Positions 23,556 through 33,900 of a DNA stretch of 64,000 bases are shown one piece after another (position 1 is the first letter of the stretch; each line of letters begins with the position of its first letter). The notes below the pieces were generated by a model. That model was not told where the DNA came from. It saw only the letters and a program-made list of their open reading frames with translations, and did not search any database. A program made the position numbers and the translations under genes. The DNA is taken from contig NC_135656.1 of the NCBI RefSeq assembly GCF_964188315.1, positions 31,310,001-31,374,000 of the forward strand, read 5' to 3'. The stretch is from Podarcis muralis. Taxonomy: Eukaryota.

Positions 23556-24924
23556 GAATGCAGCAACTGAAGATGAGGTAAGGCTTTGGGGCAGTTGAAG
23601 GTGAGGTAAGACTATTGAGGAGCTCCATGGAACTGACAAGATGCTGCTGCCAAGCTGCTTGGCTGGGTAGCACATACATAATGGACTAGTGCCTTAGCCA
23701 AAGCTAGTGTACACCTTACACTGAGCCCATGCAGGTGCAGCAGAGGCTAATGGGGCAGGGCAGAGGAAGCAAAAAGGTAGGAAAATAAGGTACTGTAAAA
23801 GGAAAGTGGAGACAGTATAACAGAAGGTTGTAACTTCCTGATGAAGGACCCGAGAGGTCCAAAACATGCTGGATATTAGGAAACTTTTTCTCCTTTCCCT
23901 CTGCTTCCTGCTTACCTGATGACCCCTAAGCCCACATAGTCTGTGGCTTCTTGCCTGTGCAGTTTGTGCCTGGCAGGCAGGGTGCTTTTGAATGATGCAT
24001 CAAAGCACCTTGAATCTTCCCTTGTCCTGAATTGTGCAGGGAGCCTCCATGAATACAGGAGACTGGCCCTGCAGTTTCTGGGAGGTGATGAGGATGGCAA
24101 GAGCTGCATACTCCCCACCCCCCACTCACCCTGCTTATATGTGGATTTTATATAAGCAAAAAATCTGCAGAGACTGGTAATGAGACAAGCTTGGCTGTGT
24201 TGCAGCGCTCTCTCCTGTTACTGCTTAATGTATGCATATGTACACACAGAGAGAAAGGAAATGCAGTCCATTTTTGAAAATGTATTTCACTAGGAAATCA
24301 AAATGATGGAAGTAAATTGCAGGACCTTGGGGGCAAGCAAGATATGATGGTAGCAGATTGGAGAGAATCGGATTGCTATCAATTTCCTATGAAACAGGGC
24401 AGGGGAGCAATTTAAAGTGCAGCACAGGAAAGTGGGAGGGTGCTGAACTCTTGCTCTGCCTGTACTTTTCTCCAAGTTGTTTTTCTCTTCCATCAGAAAC
24501 AGTTCCTGCCAAAAATAAATTGGGGGGAAGAGCAGGTGGGAGAAGGGCTTGGCACTGCTGTCTCGCCTAGGTTTCATTTTATATTACCACCACTCTGCTT
24601 AATAGGAATTTGGCATGATCCACTAACACAGGGTTGCGCCACTGTTGCATCTTGTTTGTCCTTGGATGCTGGCAATCTCTTAGCTCTTCTGTTCACTTCC
24701 CAGCACACTCCCAAGGCAATAATTTACAAGCAAGATTAGAGGTGGAGGGTGTGTTACTAACAGCCATTCTGGTAAGTGAGGAACGTAAAAGAGCACTAAA
24801 AGGAAGAACTGAAAAATATAGGTGTTGTTGCTGAGTGGTGCATATTTGGGACCATTATTCTGATTGTAAAAATAAAACCAGTTCTCTAATAACAATGGCA
24901 GCTGAAATTTCCCTTTCAATCCAG

Positions 24925-25392
24925 CAGTATATCAGTGGATGGGCAAGATGAACTTTTGCCTGAAATGCTCCTTGTGAGACGGAGGATGATGTCGGCTGCT
25001 CTAGGAATTCTCTGAGGAATAGCCCGTGCCGCTGGAAATGTCGGTCTCCTCTTGTCTGCCTTCAAGCTTCTCTGTGTTCAGAAGATCATGAGAATCTCAT
25101 CCATCTTCAGCCCAATAACATCAATTCTTAATATTTGCTGGCAGTTCCAGCTTCCATGAACAGGCAAATTGAAATGTTCCTTGAGCTGGACCCAAGTACT
25201 TGAATCATACAGAAACTAATGATATTTAAAAGAGAAGAACCAAACACTGAATTTTTAAGAATTGTAATGGCCCTTCCTTTTGGGCTTTGCACAGTGGATT
25301 TATAGGGCCATAGAAGCACAATAAGAAGATTGTAAGACATTTGTTGGCAGGATGCCATTTTTACCAGGACATCTTGATTTGATGTTATTAAA
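24925..25392 (+). other. TMC6: Probable TMC6 terminal exon (3' UTR in this sequence; open 30-codon frame in the ancestral phase)
   Basis: Donor GAG|GTAAGG at 23577/23578 and acceptor TTCCCTTTCAATCCAG|C at 24924/24925. Phase-2 reading is open to TGA 25013-25015. Candidate ATTAAA poly(A) signal at 25387-25392. Confidence 0.5.
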
Positions 25393-25436
25393 AACATTCT
25401 CTTTTGAAAAACTACCCAATTACAGCTGTTCATGAA

Positions 25437-25603
25437 GCCTGGATAGCTCAGTTGGTTAGAGTTTGGTGCTGATAATGCCAAGGTGGCAGGTTCGATCCCT
25501 GTATGGGACAGCAGCATATTCCTGCATTGCATATTCCTGCATTGCAGGGGTTGGACTAAAAGAACCTCGGGGTCCCTCCCAACACTACAATTCTGTGATT
25601 CTA
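25437..25603 (+). mobile_element. Squam3-type SINE (tRNA-Ile-like head plus CR1 tail)
   Basis: TAGCTCAGTTGGTTAGAG...CTGATAA...GGTTCGATCCC followed by CCTGCATTGCAGGGGTTGGACTA...; internal 15-nt duplication CATATTCCTGCATTG. Confidence 0.8.
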
Positions 25604-26946
25604 CTTGTGAAGATTTTGTTTCCCTCCTTCACCTCCCCTGCCCCATCCTTTCCTCTTTTGCTATTCCCCTGGTTTGTGAGCCTGCTGGCAGTACATCTTT
25701 TTATTATTATTGATCTGAGTAGCTTTGAGAGACAATAATTGTCGGAAAAACAGCATAGATTATGGCTGATGATAATATAACAGATCACCATCATCTTTTT
25801 CAAAATTCCTTAGTTTAAATGTACTTTTATGCTTAAATGTATCTTAGTTTGATCCCCCCCCAATTGCTTCTGGACCATTTCCTGGACATTTAAAGCTCTT
25901 TTCTCGGCAGTGTTACACTGCTTAGCTCAAAATACCTTCCCAAGGAAACTCCCCAGATTGGTTCTGTCCTAACCATCTAAAAATTAGTCACCCCGTTTTT
26001 ATTCCATCAGGTATTTAAAGGATGAGAGGGGTGGCTATTTTTAAACTTTCAAAGTGTCACCTCCTTCACATGGCCCAAAGTCTGTGATTGATTCTGGGCA
26101 AAAGGAGGCAGGGCTCGGCACAGAAAATTAGTCCAAGCAAGTCGCTTCTTCACTGGTGTACAGGATGGATGGACAAATGGATCCTTTGCCTTTTCACCAT
26201 TCTGTTAATCAAAGATCTTGCCATTGTAGCAGATGAAGCAAGGGACATGGGGTTTGGTGTAAACGACAATGGTTAGTGAGAATGATATGCAGCTGCTTAT
26301 GTCACAAAAGGATATGGCAGAAGGTAAGTTTCATGCCACATATAATCAAATGGGTGCCTTCGACACACAACCACATTCCACAGGCCAGTTGCAACTGCTG
26401 TTGTGTGAATACCTGAAGGGAGAAATTTATTCTATATTATATTGGGTAAAAGTTACATTATCCCTGAAACCAAGAGGTACCTTTAGGATCCTTTGTTAAC
26501 AACTCTACATTCATTGCATGAACAAAGAATCCTGCAAAGAGGCTCTAAGCCACAGAAGGAATTTGAGAACTGGCACAGACGCCATGGGAACTTGGACTGT
26601 GAGAAATTAAGACCTTAATTAAAATAAATGGATGAGACAGACATGTAGTTTGTCCTCCCCTTCCATAGAAGCATTCTCTTCCAGCAGCCTAGTAGCACAT
26701 GCAAAACAGAAGAGGCAATATACTGAATGATTTAAATAGGAAAATATTTACTTTTGGGTTCAAACTACATCCAAAGTCCATAGCAGCAATGTTGTTTCCA
26801 CTGCCTGCAGGGATCTATTACGTTTTGCTGGCTATAAATTTTGCTAGCTGCCGCTTCCTGAGTGATAAGACTAGGACTGTTGCCTAGCTCTCTTTCTGTT
26901 GTTCCATGTCCAACCAAGGTACCTGAGGTGAGAGCAATCTCCAGCT

Positions 26947-29900
26947 TCAATCACATTGGGTTGTAGAATGAAACCACTGCATCACATTGGATAAGCCATT
27001 GCCATCACGCGCACTGGTCTCTACAACAGTGATGGGCTGCTTGGCACAGGCAATGATATCCTGGATTCGGAACAATGACTTCATCTCCACAAGGGACATA
27101 TAGCAGGGTAGGTCACTAAAGTCCAAGTAGAGAGAGAAAACAGTAGTAACACACTTTTTACTGCCTGAACTTTCCAATAAAAAGCCCTGCAGTGGAACAT
27201 TGTGAGCAGGTTGCAAATCAACTGAAAATTAAAATATCCCCATTCTGATAACTGTCATCATCCCACTGCCTTGTCATTGGCTACTAATAGTCACTGAAGC
27301 CCATCAAATTCTGCTCCCCCTCTTCCAGAGTCCCCTGCACAGAGATTAAAGTTAAATATCGCTTACATCTTGTTGAAAATGATGAGTACAGGAACCGATG
27401 CTAGCTGCTCAGCAGAAAGAAGTGACAGAAGCTGAATGCAGGATGAGGAGATTTGCGTAGGCTTAGCAGCATCAATCATGTACTGCAGAAGAGACAGAAA
27501 GAAAAAGAGAATGATTCAAAGGGAGCTCCAAAGTGAAAAACTAAAGTTCCAGAGTTTTCCAATACAGCATAGCCAGAAGAATTTGGAAATATGCATGAAC
27601 TACTGAGGTGCTGCAGCATACAAACTGCCTAGTTATTCTCTGGTCAGAGCAAGATTTTCTAGAAATTTGAGTTATTTTTTCTAAGTGGAAGTATTGTACA
27701 TAGGGCTGCCAAGGAGCAGGTGTAGGACGTGCTGATGTTCCAGGCCCTTCAGATCCTATGCTTTCATTTTTAATGAAAGTAAGTAATTAAGAGCAGCAAA
27801 CAGCCACAGGAGTGGACAGATTTCCCTTACCAGGACGCAGCAACAGTCACTGTAATAACTAGACCAGATTGGGCCCATGCATCCTCCCAGTTCACGAATT
27901 GTTATTTTCTTTCGGATTTGAAGGTCAGTAAGGTTTGTGCCAACCTGCAAAGGGACAACCACCAATTAGACTTGTACGCTGGTGGGTAACTGAGCTGTTA
28001 TTCACAACACAGGCAAAGGGATTGGTCCAGGTACTTCTGTCAAGTATGACTCAACTCTTGGCACTGGAAGAATCTGATTGGAGCTCTTCCATGCACTCAA
28101 AAAGTCCGATAAGCTGGAGATACAGTTACAATTCTCAAAACGAACTACTGCTGCCTTATAATGACAGTGCAATCCTGTGCATACTTAGTTGGAAGTTAAA
28201 GAACTCAATGTGTCTTACTCCCAAATATGTGCATAGGTTTGAAGTCTTCTACTGGCAGCAAGTCCCACTGAATTCAGTGGGATTTGCTTCTCAGTAGACA
28301 TTTATGGGATCACACTGTACATATCTCATGGATCAAGCAGCCTGTTGTGGACTGATGCAGACTGTAAAAGTGCCATTTTGTGTAGTTAACCTAAGAGCTG
28401 TGGGGTGTGAAATAACAGTGTTCCAGAGTACTGGTATAGAGAATGGTGAAGCTACCCTTTAGCTACATCACAGAGAGTTGGTCAAAGTGTTGTTTTAAAA
28501 CAAAACTAATTTGGTTTGAGGTTTAGTTTACAGTGGTACCTCAGGTTAAGTACTTAATTCGTTCCGGAGGTCCGTACTTAACCTGAAACTGTTCTTAACC
28601 TGAAGCACCAGTTTAGCTAAGGGGGCCTCCTGCTGCCGACACGCCACCAGAGCACGATTTCTGTTCTTATGCTGAAGCAAAGTTCTTAACCTGAAGCATT
28701 ATTTCTGGGTTAGCGGAGTCTGTAACCTGAAGCATATGTAACCTGAAGCATATGTAACCTGAGGTACCACTGTATTTACATGACTCATCTGGGCAGAGGG
28801 CTCTAGGAATGTCTGTGTGATCAAAACCACTGTGCTTAATAGTTTCAATAGTTTTAACCAGTGTCTTAAGAGCACTAAGTTTCTTGGTTGTTTTTATTGA
28901 TGGTGTGTTGCCCAGAAACCCCAAAATGCTGAATGTGGTCTTGCCTTATACATACCACTGAACTATGTCCTCTCCTTGTGTACAATTGCTTCTTTTCCCA
29001 AAGTTGCTGAGCTTCTCCAAGCTTATTTTGAAAATATTTGGAGCAATATTAATACTTGCAGGAGGCTGGGGACAGGGTAACGTGATAATAGTTATGTAGT
29101 GTGCAACGAACTGTAAGCCGACTACAACACACAGCCATGTGTAAGCTATACAAGCTATATAAGAAGTGTATCCTTTGTACCAAGAAGAGTGCCAAAATGC
29201 AACAAAGGTAATCACAGCAGAAACTAAAGGAAGAGGTTGGGGTCTGCCTTAGAACAACCACTCCCTGAGAGCCACCTACCAGCCGTTATCACACAAGCAA
29301 AAACCACTCTGAAATAAACCAATCTGTATATACAGTGTTCAATTTCACTGATGAAATTTGCTCAATGAAGTTTGATTTCATTGACGACAGAAGTGTAAAA
29401 CATTAGCTAGTGTGACCACAGCAATGCCCTTATCTTTACCACAGTTTGCTTCTGTCAAAGATTTTGCCATGTCTTCCTGTCAGGAGCAGTAAATCATCTC
29501 TAATCTGGGTACCACAAGATCCTGTACCAATTGGAACATGAGAAGCTGCTTTATGCCAAGTCATACTCTTGGTGGGCTAGCTGGGCAATATTTACTCTGG
29601 CTGACAGTGGTTCTTTCCTACTGATGCTACTCAAGATCCTGTGAACAAGATGTTCAGGAGCAAACCTGCTGGCACCTTCTGCTTGCAGAGCCCATGCTAT
29701 ACAGCTGAGCCCCATCTGCTGAGCCACAAGAACCAAACCAAAGACAAGAAAGGCCATACCGTAGGCAGAGTAGCTGGCGGCTCCCCAAGGTCTTTGGCGC
29801 CATCTTTGGAGCTCAGCTGTGCAGAGACTGTTAAGGAAAGTGGTGGGATTGGAATGGAATAAGGTTCGGTACAACACAGCACAGAGCCCAAACAGGTGCA

Positions 29901-30680
29901 AGGGTTTCCCTCAACCCCCAGGAGAGAGGATTGGAGTGGGGTTGCCATATGTCCTCTTTTCCCAGGGCATGTCCTCCTTTTTTCATTGGTAGAGTTGTAG
30001 TGATCCATAGTTAAAAGTGGAAGTCACAAAAGTTTTGCTTTTCAAAATATGGCAGCCCTCACGGGAAGGGCCTGTTGTCATGAAGCCATCCTCCCATCAC
30101 ACTTAACTTTGTGTCACCAGGAACTATCTCCTCCCCCTCTCCCTACCTCCACGGCTTTTACCCAAACTCGTGCCTACTCGCACTGCCAGGCAGGCATGGA
30201 TGACCAGCAAGAGGGGCACAAGAAGAAGAAGTGAAGAGGAGTTTGGATTTGATATCCCGCTTTATCACTACCTGAAGGAGTCTCAAAGCGGCTAACATTC
30301 TCCTTTCCCTTCCTCCCCCACAACAAACACTCTGTGAGGTGAGTGGGGCTGAGAGACTTCAGAGAAGTGTGACTGGCCCAAGGTCACCCAGCAGCTGCAT
30401 GTGGAGGAGCGGAGACGCGAACCCGGTTCCCCAGATTACGAGACTACCGCTCTTAACCACTACACCACACAGGCCAAAGAGATGCAGCTCACCCACCACC
30501 CCTTTCCACCTCCCCGCTTCCTCCTCTGCCTTCTCTGCCCGGCCCCCGCAGCCCCAGCCCTGGCCCTCCTCCCAGCCACGAGGGGATATTCTGCAGCCGC
30601 TTCACCAGCAGGGTCTTGCCCGCGCCCGAACCGCCCAGAAGCAAGTAAGTGGAGCCGCTGCCGCCGCCGCCGCTGGCCAT
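26947..30680 (-). CDS. ARL16: ADP-ribosylation factor-like protein 16, about 182 aa, 5 exons
   Basis: Exons 30680-30590, 29818-29760, 27944-27831, 27482-27367, 27115-26947 (549 nt). Peptides: LLLGGSGAGKTLLVKRLQ (P-loop), DLGEPPATLPTVGTNLTD, KITIRELGGCMGPIWSSYY, IIFNKIDLPCYMS, ETSARDGNGL. Confidence 0.95.
28531..28772. mobile_element. Full-length CAGTGGTACC MITE, inverted relative to 19661-19902
   Basis: TA TSD, TIRs, reverse-complement similarity to 19661-19902. Confidence 0.9.
29819..30589 (-). other. U12-type (minor spliceosome) AT-AC intron, ARL16 intron 1
   Basis: 5' end ATATCCCCT; branch site TTTCCTTAAC (29839-29830) about 10 nt before the terminal AC. Joining CAG A|AG CTG gives in-frame RLQKLSSKDG. 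Confidence 0.9.
30221..30474 (-). mobile_element. Squam1-type SINE inside the ARL16 U12 intron
   Basis: Reverse complement GTGTGGTGTAGTGGTTAAGAGCGG...GGGTTCGCGTCTCC...GGGTGACCTTGGGCCAGTCAC... with a (TCT)n tail. Confidence 0.8.
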
Positions 30681-30908
30681 CACCATAGCAACCAGAGGCG
30701 GCCGCTTCCTCCCCGCCACGAACCCATCCGCTCCTGGACCGACAAGCCGCTCCGGTCGCCACGTCCGCCAATCGCCAAATGGCTGCCGCCGGAAGTCCCG
30801 CCTCGGCGTTCCGCGGAAGCCGGAAGCGGGGCCTAGGCTGCGGAAGCGGGTTTCCGAGGCGAACCAGATCCAGCGGTCGGTGCTACCTGCTCTTGGACGG
30901 GGATCGCC
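30679..30908. promoter_or_regulatory. Bidirectional CpG-island promoter of ARL16 and HGS
   Basis: Divergent ATGs at 30680 and 30909. CCGGAAGT 30789-30796 and three more CGGAAG ETS/GABP-type cores, CCAAT 30768-30772, YY1-like AAATGGCTGCC 30778-30788, X-box-like motif 30679-30692. Confidence 0.8.
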
Positions 30909-33900
30909 ATGGGGCGAGGCGGCGGCACCTTCGAGCGGCTTCTAGGTACTGGGCGCGGGAGGGAGTCCCGGCAGCGACCTGCCCCCTTGACCTGTGACCC
31001 CCAATACCTGGGTGGGGTGTTATGTTCTGACCCTTCCCCTTCCTCTCCCCACCTTCGCTCCCCTCGCACCTTCGCCCGATGCTGCGCTTCTTCGGGCTGA
31101 GCTCCTGCGGGGAACGTCGAAGCCCGGAGCTCCTCCGCGGAGGAACTCCCTTTTTCATCAGCTCCCATTACACTGGGAGCCAAATAGGGTTTCCCCCCTG
31201 AAAGCTGCTTCTCTGTTCGCTGCCCATCCCCCTCCTCCCGCCCCTATTAATTTCCCTATGGGTATTCACTATGGTCGCCCCAAATACGCCCAGATTGAAG
31301 TTCCCCACGTAAAAACAAAACCGTGTTTGGGCCTAGCAGCTGTAACCGACTTCCTCTGCCAGACACAGACAGGGTGACAACATTCCTTCTGCTGCCCTTT
31401 GATCTCGAAAATGGGCGTTTGGGGTTTGAACCGGTGTTCGCCCTACTCAGTGTGGGTGCATTGGATCTAAGCCACGTTCAGAAAGATCAGTGGATATACT
31501 CTGAACACAAATAGCATTGGATACAAGCCTTAGATAAATAAACAAGACACACACATGCACAAAAACACATACTCAGTGACGAATGAAGGGGTTATCACTG
31601 GATCAGAGCTGTGGTGTTTGTTTAAACTGACTAATCTGGCCCTTTTTGAATTCTGGGGAAAAGTTAACAGTCTTTTGGGAAATGAAAAGCTTTATGTTTT
31701 TACAGTACAACACTTCTGATCTCACCACTATTACTAAAATCAGGCTCTGCAAGGTGACTAACAATCCAGGAAGTGACAGGGCAAGAACAGAACTCTCAGC
31801 TGACTGAGTCAAGAGAGCACACAGTGGTGCATTTAGGGCAGATGTCACATGGGGAAGGAGTTTGAAATGTGTCAGCTGCTGTGGGGGTGGCAATAACATT
31901 GCTTACCAGAAAACAAGAAAAGGGGGATGGGGGATGGGCACACAATTGTCATTAGATTATGAGCTCCAGTGCCAATTTTTATATAGTGCTGTCCATGAAC
32001 ATTGAACTTTAGAGTAACATAAGCAAAAGAAAGAGAAAAAGGTCAAAGAAGCTTACAGTAAAATTTTTGACAATTAAGTGAGAGGATGAAAATGCACAGA
32101 AGCAGTTGCAAATAATTAGGCTTTGTGGATGGCAGCGTTGGACATGGGCAGGGTCACTAGACAGCAAGTGTGCTCTGCAATTAATATTGACTGTGCTATT
32201 GGGGGTTAGAAATGCTCTTCGTAAGGGGCCACCATTTAGCAGCAACAGTTGTTTCCATTTACAGATTGCAAACTATATGAAAATCTCAACAGTTTACAAT
32301 AGATAAAAATAAATTTAGAAACACAATAATTAAAATAAACAAAATGATTTATATATAAACAAAACAAATTCATAAACAATATCCATTTCTATATACCATA
32401 CATCATAAACATAATATCAATTATAAAGTCAGAGAATGTTACAAGACAATACAGTACAACATAAAATTTCAACCAAAATAATGCACATCATTCATACACC
32501 CACTCACCCAATCCCACTCACCATCCATTCCATGCAACAGAAATTACTCAATAAAATTATAATCCACATACAAAGGGCTGATGCCAAGTATAGACATGTA
32601 AGATATTTTGCAAGATACTGTTAGGTGAACAGTAGGTCACAAAACAAAATGCTCTAGGTTCTCAAATTTCTGGTGTGCTCTACCAACAAATACCAAGTAT
32701 GGCTTATTTGTCCAACAGACTCCCAAAGCAAATAACTATATTAGCATTTGACCTGAATGGTTAATGGTTATTTCAATGTATTTCAGATAAAGCTACCAGT
32801 CAGCTGCTGCTGGAGACAGACTGGGAGTCCATCCTCCAGATTTGTGATATGATTCGTCAGGGTGACACCCAGTAAGTGCTGATGCCTGCATCAATCTTTC
32901 TTCACTCCATAAGCATCAAGGTTTATTGATAGGTTTAGGACACTGAGCTGTCCCACATTTTAACCTCGCAACTGCCCTTTGCGGTAGAGTAAGTTGAGTA
33001 TTTGTGGTTGCCCAGGTTCATCCTTTGAGCCTCAAGGGTGAGCAAAAATTTGAACCTGGGGGTTTCCACATCCAAAGCCACCATTGTTGCTACTATGGCA
33101 TGCTCTGTCTCTATGAAACTAATGCAGAGGTAAATAATATGTGGGCCATGTGTGGACCCCCCCCCACCAGGTGATTTCTGGTGGCCCCCAACAATTTGGC
33201 TGCTGTCATTGTTTACTGAGAAGGACTTGGTGTTGCTGAGCACTGTCGTGTTGTACTGGTGTGAGCATTGGTTCAGCTTAGTGTCTGGAAGGTATATCTT
33301 CTGAGTAGCTGTAAATTTTCTTCAGAAAAATGGATTTTCAGGATAGTCAATTAAGTCATCTATTAATGTCAGTCTTTTTGGATATTAAAATTCCATCTCA
33401 TCCCAGTGTATTTATTAGTGTATTTATTAACAGAACAACTGTTAAAACTCCATATGAGATCTGCTCTTCTAGATATATGTCCTCTGCTGAAGGAGATGAG
33501 GAAATTGTTTTGTGGGTTTCTTGTCCTGTGAAACTAGAGACATGCTGTCAACAAAGAAGTTCCAGCTCTTGTGCAAAAGGAAAATAATAATAATTATGTG
33601 ACAATTATGTTTGCTTATATTGGCTTGGTTCTGTGTGTTCTGTTTTAATAACGAAATTGTCTGAAAATATTTGACAAGGAAGGTATCTGTAGAAAAGAAT
33701 AGGTAGAGAAGGCACTGCATGTATTTCCAAGTGTTTTCTACAACTACTGATACTTAAGAAAATGAAGCATATTCTTTCATCACACAGCAGTTTCTGCATT
33801 ACGTAGTAAACTCAGACGTGCAAGATATTCACCACCTCACACGTAAATGATTTTGATTGGTAAATGGAACAGTTATCGTAGATTAGTCAAATAATTTAGC

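Noticed and set aside
25437-25512. tRNA-Ile(GAT) gene
   Set aside because: Stems are disrupted and it runs directly into a CR1-type tail, so it is a Squam3-type SINE.
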